A stretch of DNA of 64,000 nt from Candidatus Kaiserbacteria bacterium. GTDB taxonomy: Bacteria > Patescibacteriota > Minisyncoccia > Phycocordibacterales > UBA2100. Location: NCBI GenBank assembly GCA_017134395.1, contig CP070993.1:320210-384209 (forward strand), in the 5' to 3' direction. The notes below the pieces were generated by a model, which ran no database searches, was not told the origin of the DNA, and was given only the letters and a program-made list of their open reading frames with translations. Position numbers and translations under genes: made by a program. How positions within the stretch are numbered: position 1 is the stretch's first letter; the number at the start of each line of letters is the position of its first letter. Shown piece after piece: positions 44,139 through 53,833 of the stretch.

Positions 44139-45392
44139 ATGAGAAATCTTACTAAGAAAATACTGCTCGTACTACCCCATTCTGCACGAATATTGGCACT
44201 TAGGATACGCGAATGGTATTGGCGAACACGGATGCTACGGTGGGAGAAAAAGCAGTACCCTAACCTACCGGATCAAACCCATCCTAACCAACATGTCAAA
44301 AATATTCTTGTTTATCATATTACTGGCCTAGCATTTGCTGGCACAGAAAAATGCCTCCAATTGATAGCTAGTTCTCTCGCGAAAGAATACAAAGTATTTT
44401 TTGTGTATGGTGAAAAAACTAGTGCCGAAGAGCGAAAGCAAACGATGCATCCTGATATTACCTTCATACCATTTTCATACAAAACTTCTGAACTTGCAGT
44501 CCCTCATCGTATCACCGAAATGCAACCACATATTAAAAATATTTTGTCTGAGCATGCTATTGATTTGATTGTTACCGCCAGCCCTGGCTACTCTCACTAC
44601 CCCTGGAATGTAATTACTAACGTCCCAATAATCCTCATAAACATTTTTGGAGCTCCTACGTTACAGAAAAATGTACGCAAATTCATTAGCATATCAGATA
44701 CCGTTCGTTTGCATGCCGAAAAATGGACGGGTAAATTATCTGACCGTGATATCACTATGTATGCACCCTTGGCAAAGTTACCACCTGAAAATATTACTGA
44801 AATGGGTCGTGACCTAAGAGCGAAATTAAATATTCCGGAAACTGATTTTGTGTTTGGACGTATTGGACGCAATGATGACAGTATCTTTGATCCAATTGGC
44901 ATACGAGCTTGGCAAAGAATTGCACCGGAGTATCCAAACGTTCATTATTTAATAATGTCACCACCTCCAGTACTAGTTGATTTAGTTAAACGCGAAAATA
45001 TACCACGTGTGCACTTCGTACCTCAAAGTGCATCCGAAGACGCTGTATGGGCTTTTCATGGGGCTATTAATTCTATGGCACATTTCCGGCGAGATGGCGA
45101 GACAAGTGGCGTAGCTATTGCTGAGTCACTTATAGCGGGTAATCCCATAATTACCCACCGTTCACATATTTGGAACGCACACCTAGAGTATCTTGATGAT
45201 TCTTGCGCCTTGATTGCAGGGCTTGATAACGTAGATGAATACAGCCTACACATGAAGGCATTTTTTGAAATATTTAACAAACAACCTTCAAAATGGTCAA
45301 ATATGTGTGCCGCTGCTCGAACAGTCGGAATGGATAAATTTTCTCCTCACACATATTCTGTTAGAATGAGGGAGATAGTGGCTACTATCTAA
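44139..45392 (+). CDS. GT4-like (GT-B fold) glycosyltransferase
   Basis: 417 aa. The C-terminal GETSGVAIAESLIAGNPIITHRS resembles the GT1/GT4 E..(G)...E.a.G.P.I. motif. Confidence 0.45.
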   Translation: MRNLTKKILLVLPHSARILALRIREWYWRTRMLRWEKKQYPNLPDQTHPNQHVKNILVYHITGLAFAGTEKCLQLIASSLAKEYKVFFVYGEKTSAEERKQTMHPDITFIPFSYKTSELAVPHRITEMQPHIKNILSEHAIDLIVTASPGYSHYPWNVITNVPIILINIFGAPTLQKNVRKFISISDTVRLHAEKWTGKLSDRDITMYAPLAKLPPENITEMGRDLRAKLNIPETDFVFGRIGRNDDSIFDPIGIRAWQRIAPEYPNVHYLIMSPPPVLVDLVKRENIPRVHFVPQSASEDAVWAFHGAINSMAHFRRDGETSGVAIAESLIAGNPIITHRSHIWNAHLEYLDDSCALIAGLDNVDEYSLHMKAFFEIFNKQPSKWSNMCAAARTVGMDKFSPHTYSVRMREIVATI

Positions 45393-45398
45393 TCATCT

Positions 45399-46508
45399 AT
45401 GAAAAATAAAAACTTCTGGTTTGGAAAGAGAGTATTAGTTACTGGGGCTGATGGGTTTGTAGCAGCTCACCTTATCAAGAAACTAATTGACAACGATGCT
45501 GTGGTAATTGCCACTGTAAGACATAAGCGTTCGCTGAAAACCCTTGATTTATTACGGGAAGGAAAAGTAGCCAACCAACCAGATATGGAGTACTGTGACC
45601 TCCTTGATTATGAAGAAATCAGACGCGTATGTGATCGTCATCAAATCGATACTATTTTCCACTTAGCCGCTACAGCTATCGTAAGTGATGCTGCTAATGC
45701 ACCGATGTCCACGATTGAGAATAATGTTATGGGAACGCTTAACGTACTTGAAGTTGCCCGTATCAACAACATACCCCGTGTGTTGATTGCTTCTTCTGAT
45801 AAATCTTATGGTGATCACACTACTGATAAATATGAAAAACTCCCCTACAAAGAAAACTATGCTCTGCGTGGTCTAGATGTGTATAGTTCGTCAAAAGTGT
45901 GTTCTGACATGATCGCTCAAACCTACGCTTTTCAATTTAAGCTGCCAGTCATGATTTGCCGTTCAAGTAATATTTATGGACCGGGAGATATGAATTTCAC
46001 TAGACTTATTCCTCGTACAATAATGCGCTTGATGTCTGATAAGCCTCCAGTTATTAACACTGGGAATGAGAATGTTTTGCGTGAATACATTTATGTAGAG
46101 GATGTTGTGGATGCCTATATGTTGATGGCAGAACAAGCAGAAACCTACTATGGCGCTGATCATAAAAATATACCGCGGGACGGAGTTGATACATATGGTT
46201 GGCCAGCATTTAATGTTGGTTCTTACACCAAAAAGGATTTGATTGACATTAATAAGTGTTCAAGCATCAAGAGCGTTAATTCTCTTATAAAAATACTGCG
46301 TGAAAAAGTACGAGATATAGAACCAAATATTATTCCCAAGCCATCAAATTTTATTGAAATACCTGATCAGTATATTGATGCATCAAAGTTGTTTGATTTG
46401 GGATTTAAGCCAAAAGTATCTTTCGAGGAGGGTATAGAAAAAACAACGGCCTGGTACAAGAAAAACTTCTCAAAACTTGAGCCGTTAGCTGCCAAGTACT
46501 TAGAGTAA
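45399..46508 (+). CDS. NAD-dependent sugar epimerase/dehydratase (extended SDR; CDP/NDP-hexose 4,6-dehydratase-like)
   Basis: 369 aa. The Rossmann motif is VLVTGADGFVAAHLIKKL and the catalytic motif is YSSSKVCSDMIAQTY (YxxxK). Confidence 0.75.
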   Translation: MKNKNFWFGKRVLVTGADGFVAAHLIKKLIDNDAVVIATVRHKRSLKTLDLLREGKVANQPDMEYCDLLDYEEIRRVCDRHQIDTIFHLAATAIVSDAANAPMSTIENNVMGTLNVLEVARINNIPRVLIASSDKSYGDHTTDKYEKLPYKENYALRGLDVYSSSKVCSDMIAQTYAFQFKLPVMICRSSNIYGPGDMNFTRLIPRTIMRLMSDKPPVINTGNENVLREYIYVEDVVDAYMLMAEQAETYYGADHKNIPRDGVDTYGWPAFNVGSYTKKDLIDINKCSSIKSVNSLIKILREKVRDIEPNIIPKPSNFIEIPDQYIDASKLFDLGFKPKVSFEEGIEKTTAWYKKNFSKLEPLAAKYLE

Positions 46509-46516
46509 AGTCTGGT

Positions 46517-47341
46517 ATGCGAGAAATATTTTTTAAACTAATCTCACTGCTCAATAAAGTTACGGGCAAAAAGTTTTTATACATTACCCCAAATCAGTAT
46601 AATGATCTCGGGAAAACTGCCGTCTGGTGTGACCTTGGTTTCTGGTATGTTGGCAATGTTTACAATAATTCTGACATAGCTTACGGTATTGCTCAGAATG
46701 GTGTAGTAGAAAAAGAAGATACCAGCTTAGTGACAAGTATACTTAACACGCTTGACTCCCCAACCGTATACGATGTAGGTGCTAACACTGGTTACTATGG
46801 CATTCTTGCTGCGACAAAATTTAATGCGTCAGTCTATGCTTTCGAGCCTATACCAGATTATATCTCTTGTATAAAGGAATCTTCACGAATCAACAGAGTA
46901 GAGGATAGGGTCACTACACACGCCCTCGCTCTTGGTGATCATGAGTCAGAGCTTGACCTGAATTTATCTGGTTCCGGCTCCACTCTCGCTAAAGATTTCC
47001 TTGGTGATATCACTACTCCACACATGTCCGTAGCTGTTAAAACGCTGGATTCGCTTGATCTTCCTCCGCCAGATTTTATTAAAATTGATGTTGAAGGATA
47101 TGAGTGGGAGGTGCTACAAGGTGCATATAAAACCATTTCTCGTTACAAGCCTATCTGTTTTATTGAGATAGCTAGAACATTGTCTGAACGGAATTTTATA
47201 CACCCTCATTTCGAGGACATTGTAGAATTTTTTGAAAAAATCGGATACAAAATAGAAAGAAATACTAAGAACGGCTTAGTTCCCATTGATAATGTGTCAG
47301 ATGGTGTGTCAATGTACCTTTGTAAGCCTTCAAAACAATGA
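46517..47341 (+). CDS. FkbM-family SAM-dependent methyltransferase
   Basis: 274 aa. VYDVGANTGYYGILAA...VYAFEPIP...FIKIDVEGYEWEVLQG is the FkbM-domain pattern. Confidence 0.7.
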   Translation: MREIFFKLISLLNKVTGKKFLYITPNQYNDLGKTAVWCDLGFWYVGNVYNNSDIAYGIAQNGVVEKEDTSLVTSILNTLDSPTVYDVGANTGYYGILAATKFNASVYAFEPIPDYISCIKESSRINRVEDRVTTHALALGDHESELDLNLSGSGSTLAKDFLGDITTPHMSVAVKTLDSLDLPPPDFIKIDVEGYEWEVLQGAYKTISRYKPICFIEIARTLSERNFIHPHFEDIVEFFEKIGYKIERNTKNGLVPIDNVSDGVSMYLCKPSKQ

Positions 47342-48228
47342 TCCTCACTATTTATACTCATAGCAGTTCGCCTTTTTCAAGAGAATTTTGGAAATCTTTG
47401 GTGCAGAAAATTAGTGGTAAATACTCAGGGCCAAATGCTGTACGAGATAGTTTACTTCGTGGCCTTGAGGAAAACGGGATCGATTATGAACTAAATCCAG
47501 CTAAACCTAGTGGGGATACCGTTTTAGTACTTTCGGGTGTTGAGGCGCTTAAAAATGCAATTCGTGCTAAAGAACGTGGAGAAATAAAAAGACTTATTGC
47601 AGGCCCAAATATAGTTGTCACTCCACATGACTCGAATTGTTTAATACACGCCAATGCTATTGATACAATCTTAGTCCCATCGCAATGGGTTGCTGACTTT
47701 TGGAAACGCGAAGCAGCAGAACTTTCGGAAAAAATATTTGTATGGACAGCAGGTGTTGCTATAAAAAATCCAAGCTCACGAGCTGGCGCCCCTGTTATAT
47801 ACGATAAAATGAGGAGCAAGGAGTTACTTACTATAGTTGATGAAGTTGTTAAAAGTACTGGCAAAATCCCTAACGTCTTCACCTACGGAACATATAGACA
47901 TTCTACATATCTTGAAGCTCTTTCTAATGCGCCGTATCTTATTTACCTTGCACAGTCAGAAAGCCAAGGCCTCTCTCTACAAGAGGCCTGGTCATATAAT
48001 GTTCCAACTTTTGTTAACAAAAGTACAAAGTGGGAAAATAAAAACTACTCTTTTGAATCAACACAAATAAATGCGCCGTATCTTACTAACCAGCTAGGTG
48101 GTATATTTGGCAACAAGAACGAACTTTCTTCGCTTATAGCTGATGCAAAAACCTTCAATCCTAAGCACTATTGCGACGAGCGCTTGTCTGATGGTATCAG
48201 CACAAAAACCTTACTTACTGTACTATGA
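47338..48228 (+). CDS. hypothetical protein, possible GT-B-like glycosyltransferase
   Basis: 296 aa. The only hint is weak: the C-terminal PYLIYLAQSESQGLSLQEAWSYNVPTF resembles a GT1 E..G....EA...G.P motif. Confidence 0.3.
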   Translation: MILTIYTHSSSPFSREFWKSLVQKISGKYSGPNAVRDSLLRGLEENGIDYELNPAKPSGDTVLVLSGVEALKNAIRAKERGEIKRLIAGPNIVVTPHDSNCLIHANAIDTILVPSQWVADFWKREAAELSEKIFVWTAGVAIKNPSSRAGAPVIYDKMRSKELLTIVDEVVKSTGKIPNVFTYGTYRHSTYLEALSNAPYLIYLAQSESQGLSLQEAWSYNVPTFVNKSTKWENKNYSFESTQINAPYLTNQLGGIFGNKNELSSLIADAKTFNPKHYCDERLSDGISTKTLLTVL

Positions 48229-48965
48229 AAAAAGCTGTAAAAAAGATACTTCGAATAGTGCAAATACCTTTTATATTTCTGGATTTTTTGCGTTTCCGTA
48301 AAAATAATACCGACAAACGGTTCGTATCAAAAATCTCTAATGCTTACCCGTGTATTAAAGATAGGACTGTGAAAACTGGGTTTGATAGGCACTATGTGTA
48401 CCATACCTCTTGGGCAGCGCGCGTATTGAGAGAAATTAACCCAAAAGAACATACAGATATAGCATCGAGTCTCTTTTTTTCTTCTATAGTCTCTGCCTTT
48501 ATACCTATAAAATTTTTTGATTATAGACCTGCGGATCTAGAATTAGATAACTTGGAAACAGGATCGGTTGACCTTACACGTTTAGATTTCGCTGATGACT
48601 CTATTCCTTCTCTTTCTTGCATGCATACTCTTGAACATATAGGGCTCGGCCGTTATGGTGACCCAATCGACCCAGAAGGCGATAAAAAAGCAGCAAAAGA
48701 ATTAGCCCGAGTAGTCTCTGAAGGAGGTTCACTTCTTTTTGTAGTCCCTATTGGAGAAAAGGCGTTAATCGAATTTAATGCTCATCGCATCTACACGTAT
48801 ACTCAAGTTCTTGAATTATTTCCAGGCTTAGAGTTAGAGGAATTTTCTCTCATTCCTGAATATTCAGAAAGAGGCGGCTTAATAAGAAATGCTGATCCGG
48901 CTCTACTGGAAGGAGAACATTATGCCTGCGGTTGTTTTTGGTTTAAGAAGCCAAGAAAAAATTAA
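48225..48965 (+). CDS. putative class I SAM-dependent methyltransferase (DUF268-like)
   Basis: 246 aa. LSCMHTLEHIG and GGSLLFVVP are consistent with a methyltransferase fold, but the match is weak. Confidence 0.35.
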   Translation: MKKAVKKILRIVQIPFIFLDFLRFRKNNTDKRFVSKISNAYPCIKDRTVKTGFDRHYVYHTSWAARVLREINPKEHTDIASSLFFSSIVSAFIPIKFFDYRPADLELDNLETGSVDLTRLDFADDSIPSLSCMHTLEHIGLGRYGDPIDPEGDKKAAKELARVVSEGGSLLFVVPIGEKALIEFNAHRIYTYTQVLELFPGLELEEFSLIPEYSERGGLIRNADPALLEGEHYACGCFWFKKPRKN

Positions 48966-48966
48966 G

Positions 48967-49839
48967 ATGATTATCGTTAATGTTAAAGGAGGGTTGGGAA
49001 ATCAAATGTTTCAGTATGCGCTGGGTCGTAAGCTTTCTTTGAAAACCAAGCAACAGCTTAAACTAGACATTACTACATTAAAAAGGGTTGATAGCGGTAA
49101 AGATACGCATCGTTCGTTTACTCTTGATGCGTACACTATAGAAAAAAATATAGCTGCTGCAGAAGAAATACAACGTCTCAAGTATCCATACGGACTATTT
49201 TCGAAAGCACTACGTTGGTTTACATGTAAGATACTACGAAACACGAACACAGGGTTCGAACCCGCTGCTCTCTTAAAGAAAGGTGATGTGTACTTAGATG
49301 GATACTGGCAATCACCAAAATATTTTGAAGATATTCGCGACGTGTTACTCGAGGATTTCCAGCTCACAACACCATTATCAAAAACGGTTGTATCATATTG
49401 TGCAAAGATAGATCATGGAGCATCTGTTTCTGTTCATATTCGTCGTGGCGACTACGTAAAAAATCCGCGCGTTTTGAAAGAATTTGGGATCTGTTCAAAG
49501 ACTTATTACCAAAAAGCTGTTTCGTATATACAAGAACATGTTACCGAGCCTTCTTTCTTTATATTTTCAGATGATATTGCTTGGGTAAAAGAAAACATAC
49601 CTTTGCCCAATAGTACAACATACGTTTCTGACCCCGCCCTTTCGGCTGAAGAAGAACTCATACTTATGAGCAGATGTTCCCACAATATCATAGCCAACAG
49701 TACGTTTAGCTGGTGGGGCGCATGGCTTAACCAAAATCGAGAAAAGATTGTGATCGCCCCCACTCCTTGGTTTAATGAAAACAATCATCTTTTTAAAGAT
49801 TTGATTCCTGATTCATGGATACAATTACCGAGAAATTAA
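48967..49839 (+). CDS. GT11-family alpha-1,2-fucosyltransferase-like glycosyltransferase (may transfer fucose or colitose)
   Basis: Starts at the ATG at 48967 (MIIVNVKGGLGNQMFQYALGRKL). Both GT11 hallmarks are present: GGLGNQMFQYA near the N-terminus and ANSTFSWWGAWLN near the C-terminus. Confidence 0.8.
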   Translation: MIIVNVKGGLGNQMFQYALGRKLSLKTKQQLKLDITTLKRVDSGKDTHRSFTLDAYTIEKNIAAAEEIQRLKYPYGLFSKALRWFTCKILRNTNTGFEPAALLKKGDVYLDGYWQSPKYFEDIRDVLLEDFQLTTPLSKTVVSYCAKIDHGASVSVHIRRGDYVKNPRVLKEFGICSKTYYQKAVSYIQEHVTEPSFFIFSDDIAWVKENIPLPNSTTYVSDPALSAEEELILMSRCSHNIIANSTFSWWGAWLNQNREKIVIAPTPWFNENNHLFKDLIPDSWIQLPRN

Positions 49840-50603
49840 ATAAACGCCCATTGGTAAGCATCTTGATGCTTACGTATAATCGAGCGCATTATATACCTGA
49901 CGCTATTGAAAGCGTGTTGGCACAAACATATCAAAACTGGGAATTAGTAATTATTGATGATGGCTCAACAGATCACACTGAAAGTGTTGTACTGTCTTAC
50001 AATGACAGTCGTATACAATATAAAAAGCATGCAAAAAACGAAGGTTTGTTTGTGCGCAGGCAGGAATCACTTACGTACGCAAACGGCCACTATGTCGCCG
50101 TTCTTGATAGTGATGATATATGGAGCTCTCCTCTAAAACTCGAACAGCAAGTACTGCTCCTAGAGAATAACTTAGACCACGTTCTGGTTGGTACTTTTAT
50201 TACAGTAATCGACGCAAAAGGAAATGCTGTAGGTAAGGATTCTTATCACATAACTGATCAAGATATAAGAAATAAGGTGCTCATTCGTAACCAATTTACT
50301 CATTCTAGTGTTCTCATTCGTAAAACAGCCCTTGATCAAACAAAGGGATACCAACCAACACTTGCAGAAGATTTAGAACTCTTTTTACAACTTGGGAAAT
50401 TTGGGGAGTTGGCAAATATTCCAGAATTCCTTACAGAACACAGAGTTCATAAAGAAGGTACGAATGATTACGGTATTGAAATGGCACACGCATTACGCGC
50501 AATTATAAAAGCTCACGATAATTATCCTCACTCGCATATAGCATCACTTAAAAACTTTTTCCGCATTCTTATTGGGTACGTAAAATTATACTTGCCGCAC
50601 TAG
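49815..50603 (+). CDS. GT2-family glycosyltransferase
   Basis: 262 aa. VSILMLTYNRAHYIPDAIESVLAQTYQNWELVIIDDGSTDHT is the classic GT2 N-terminus, and there is a DSDD motif. Confidence 0.8.
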   Translation: MDTITEKLNKRPLVSILMLTYNRAHYIPDAIESVLAQTYQNWELVIIDDGSTDHTESVVLSYNDSRIQYKKHAKNEGLFVRRQESLTYANGHYVAVLDSDDIWSSPLKLEQQVLLLENNLDHVLVGTFITVIDAKGNAVGKDSYHITDQDIRNKVLIRNQFTHSSVLIRKTALDQTKGYQPTLAEDLELFLQLGKFGELANIPEFLTEHRVHKEGTNDYGIEMAHALRAIIKAHDNYPHSHIASLKNFFRILIGYVKLYLPH

Positions 50604-51754
50604 TCTTTAAAATATAATTCTTTTGTTTTTTGGAACATTGCTGTTTTGGTGAATGTGCTTGCGACATACTGTTTGAGATTACTGCCAAGCTCTTTACGTT
50701 TCTCACTATCAGTAACGAGTATCTCTAGCTCATTTACGAATAGTTCTTCATTATTCACTGGAGTTAGTACCCCCCTATCTTCACCGAGTATTTCTGGAAT
50801 ACCCCCAACTTCCGACGCAACTACCGCTAATCCTACTGAGCCTGCTTCAAGTAGTGTGTAGGGCAATCCTTCTTTGAGAGAAGGTAGCGTGAAGATATCA
50901 AGTGCTTTGAGGTACTTGCTTGCATTCTCGTCAAACCCTAGCCAATACACGGCATCTTGAAGGTTATGCCTCCGCGTTTCCTTTTCTAATGCATCTTTTA
51001 ATTCCCCATCACCAAAATGAATATATATGAAGTTTGGATTGTTTTCTTTTAATTGAGAAAGGATCGGTAAGAACTCGATGAGCCCTTTATTTTTTGTGAG
51101 TTCTGCAATACTTCCAATTACACATGTATTTTCAAGTGGAATTCCAATTCGAGAAGAAATGATTTTGCGTGCCTCTTCTTGTGAAAAGTACTCGACAGCG
51201 TCTACCCCATTATAAATCCTTACTACCTTATTCTTAACACCGAACCACTTGCTCACTTCGTGTAGCTCTTTATCTGATACGACAATAACTTTGTGAGAAA
51301 GTAAGAACGTAAACCATGTAATAAACTTAATAGTAATTCTCTGCCATCGGGGGCGAGGTTCCATGTGTGGCAGACCGTGTGTCGTATAGATAATTCGTGG
51401 ACACCCTGCAATACGGGCTGCTAAAGCCCCTAAGGCACCTATTTTAGAGCTATTGAGATGCACTATATCTGGTGACCACTTGCGAAATAAACGTATTAAT
51501 TCAAAAAAGACTTTAGTATCGGAAAAAAAGTGGACATCGCGATTAAGGCTTTTGATATGTATTATGCGTGCTCCTGCCTCCTGCAGAATACGGTCAAACA
51601 TGCTGCTATCCACGAAATTATTTTTTCCGTGTGCGACTATAATTTCGCAGCCCTCTTTTGCACTCATAGATGCGAGGTCGGCTACATATTTTTGGGCGCC
51701 GCCAAAATCCGATTTTGTGATGACATAGAGTATTTTCTTTTTTACAGTATTCAT
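50600..51754 (-). CDS. GT4-family glycosyltransferase (Glycos_transf_1)
   Basis: 384 aa. The N-terminus ILYVITKSDFGGAQKYVADLA and the C-terminal region FTLPSLKEGLPYTLLEAGSVGLAVVASEVGGIPEIL match the GT4 E..G..LLEA.A.G.PVV pattern. It is convergent with the upstream GT2 and their stops overlap. Confidence 0.8.
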   Translation of the reverse strand: MNTVKKKILYVITKSDFGGAQKYVADLASMSAKEGCEIIVAHGKNNFVDSSMFDRILQEAGARIIHIKSLNRDVHFFSDTKVFFELIRLFRKWSPDIVHLNSSKIGALGALAARIAGCPRIIYTTHGLPHMEPRPRWQRITIKFITWFTFLLSHKVIVVSDKELHEVSKWFGVKNKVVRIYNGVDAVEYFSQEEARKIISSRIGIPLENTCVIGSIAELTKNKGLIEFLPILSQLKENNPNFIYIHFGDGELKDALEKETRRHNLQDAVYWLGFDENASKYLKALDIFTLPSLKEGLPYTLLEAGSVGLAVVASEVGGIPEILGEDRGVLTPVNNEELFVNELEILVTDSEKRKELGSNLKQYVASTFTKTAMFQKTKELYFKD

Positions 51755-51756
51755 AC

Positions 51757-53097
51757 TTATTCTTTTACTTCAATCACCTCGTATCCTTCTACTACAAGCT
51801 TTCGCGGTCGGATAAGTAGTACACCGACTATAGCAAATAAGAGCATCGCTCCCAATGCGATATACCAATACAGAGCACTTCCTCCGGTTTGTACAGGCTC
51901 GCTAAGAATAATAGCTGCTGCTTGGCTTGAACTGGCGTTTTGAGTTATTTCCTTTTCTGGTTCAACGCTCTCTTGTACATCCTGTTTTGGAGTATACGTT
52001 TCAATGCTAACAAGCGGATATCCAATAACGGTAGCACCAGATGATCCGCCTGTTTGAGAAGCTACACCTACTGATGCATCAGTAGGTGTAGCTTCTTGCA
52101 TAGTTTCAGTGAGTGCAGTAGTTGTAGCTAGAGACACCGCGACATCTTCATTTTGTGTCGCACTGTCGAGTGCCACTTCGTCATTAGGATATTTTAAGAA
52201 CGCGCGCTGTGTTCCTGATAATCGTGAGAGTTTTGTTATCTGGGTTGGAAAACGAACCTCTGCCCCACTTTGGATGTAGGTGCCTTCTGGGATAATAAAA
52301 TATTGACTATCAGTAGTGAGCCGCCAGTTTGATACATTTAAAGGCGTGGTGCTGTGATTCGCAATAGCTACCCATTCTCCTTTCTCAGAAATGACAAGCG
52401 ACGCATCAAGTGGTAGTACTGTCACCGTAATAGTCTTGGTGTCACTCAGCGCACCTAGTTCAAGCAAAATATGCACGATGTATGTCCCTTCGTACATGAA
52501 ACTATGCCCAACGTCTCTTCCATTTGCTGTGGCGCCATCGCCAAATGCCCACGAAACGTTGCCGTCCTCAACAACTGCACCGGTTGCATCGTAACTCTCA
52601 AACTCAAAAGGAGTAAACGAACCGGCAACTGTGGTGAGGGTTTCTGGTACACGAATATATACGTCCTCGGGTGGCTGGATAGTGACACTTTCGTACTGGA
52701 ATTGTGTCACATTGGTAATTGTTGTTCCGCTTGCCTGACTTTGTGTTGTTGTAGTAGTGCTAGATGTGTCAGCTGATTCATCGACCGTAATATGGTCTTT
52801 TATTTTTTCGTACGAAGACGAACCCGGCTCACCAATACCTGAAACATTACTAATGTCTTCAATAGTAGCAAAGAGGCCGTTGTTCGTTCGATAGTCGATA
52901 ATATCTTGAGCCCGTGACGGACCAATTCCATCGAGTGTATCGAGAAGCTCACTGTCCGCAGTATTAATATTTATAAGTTCACCGTCACCGTGAGCGGCAA
53001 AAAGAAGTACAGGCGAAAAAGTATAAAGCGAGACACAGAATAATAATGCTGATGTGAGTAGTGCCCGGAGCACTACGTTAGTCGAAGTAATAGCCAT
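51757..53097 (-). CDS. ComEA-like helix-hairpin-helix DNA-binding protein fused to PKD-like and lamin-tail-like (LTD) domains, with a C-terminal TM anchor
   Basis: 446 aa. There is an N-terminal signal/TM. INTADSELLDTLDGIGPSRAQDIIDYRTNNGLFATIEDISNVSGIG is the ComEA HhH motif. NVSWAFGDGATANGRDVGHSFMYEGTYIV is PKD-like. GEWVAIANHSTTPLNVSNWRL is LTD-like. The C-terminal helix is LYWYIALGAMLLFAIVGVLLI. Confidence 0.6.
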   Translation of the reverse strand: MAITSTNVVLRALLTSALLFCVSLYTFSPVLLFAAHGDGELININTADSELLDTLDGIGPSRAQDIIDYRTNNGLFATIEDISNVSGIGEPGSSSYEKIKDHITVDESADTSSTTTTTQSQASGTTITNVTQFQYESVTIQPPEDVYIRVPETLTTVAGSFTPFEFESYDATGAVVEDGNVSWAFGDGATANGRDVGHSFMYEGTYIVHILLELGALSDTKTITVTVLPLDASLVISEKGEWVAIANHSTTPLNVSNWRLTTDSQYFIIPEGTYIQSGAEVRFPTQITKLSRLSGTQRAFLKYPNDEVALDSATQNEDVAVSLATTTALTETMQEATPTDASVGVASQTGGSSGATVIGYPLVSIETYTPKQDVQESVEPEKEITQNASSSQAAAIILSEPVQTGGSALYWYIALGAMLLFAIVGVLLIRPRKLVVEGYEVIEVKE

Positions 53098-53770
53098 AAA
53101 ATTCTTTTTTAACTTTTTCTATCTCGCTTTTGTCAACCTCGCTTCTTTCGCGTGCGATTGCTTTTGTTGTTTCTTTCGCAAAACGAAGGTATGTTTCTAG
53201 TGAATTAAATTGTTCTAGTATTATATCCTTGCTGCACAAAGCACTTTTATTCTTTTTACCAGTATATTCAAGCCAACTTGACCTAACCAACTTAGTATTC
53301 GAAGCACTAAGTTGGTGTACACGGTTGTTGAGATTTACATATGCGCTCATACGCAACAAATCTGCATCGTTTGATATATGCCGTGCTTTAAACTTCCCTT
53401 GAAATAATACTCCTGTTCTTTCGTACTTCTCGTTGAAATACCGAGTGTACCCTGTTCCAAACTTCTGCATAAATTTTGATATTCCGCCATCGCTTATTTG
53501 CTTAAGAAGAAAATGAAAATGATTCGTGTTAAAGCAATAGCATACAATATCAACCAATGGATCGTCGATTTTAGTAACCGGACTACTTAAATTTATTTTA
53601 TTCTTGTAATAGTGACTATATATACTCCCTATTGATGATGCGGTGTTAAATGCAATAAGGCTTTGAACGAGCCTGTTGGCGTCTTCTGCGTCTAGAACAA
53701 TCTTGCGTTTATCAGTACCGCGATTATATACATGATAATACTCATCGTTTGCTAGTTGTGTTTTTCGCAT
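53078..53770 (-). CDS. HuH-family Y1 transposase, RAYT/IS200-like (second paralog)
   Basis: 230 aa. YYHVYNRGTDKRKIV, the HuH motif CYCFNTNHFHFLL, and GYTRYFNEKYERTGVLFQGKFK. These are clearly paralogous to the ORF at 6352..7002, with identical YFNEKYER.G..QGK.K spacing. Confidence 0.65.
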   Translation of the reverse strand: MRKTQLANDEYYHVYNRGTDKRKIVLDAEDANRLVQSLIAFNTASSIGSIYSHYYKNKINLSSPVTKIDDPLVDIVCYCFNTNHFHFLLKQISDGGISKFMQKFGTGYTRYFNEKYERTGVLFQGKFKARHISNDADLLRMSAYVNLNNRVHQLSASNTKLVRSSWLEYTGKKNKSALCSKDIILEQFNSLETYLRFAKETTKAIARERSEVDKSEIEKVKKEFYGYYFD

Positions 53771-53833
53771 ACTTTTGGAATTCAGCGTGCCCGGAGTACT
53801 GCTTTTTAAGTAACCGGACTACTTAATTTATGG

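Noticed and set aside
49245-49265. tRNA-like T-arm sequence gggttcgaacccgc
   Set aside because: It lies inside the GT11 coding sequence (encodes ..NTGFEPAA..) with no acceptor or anticodon structure around it.
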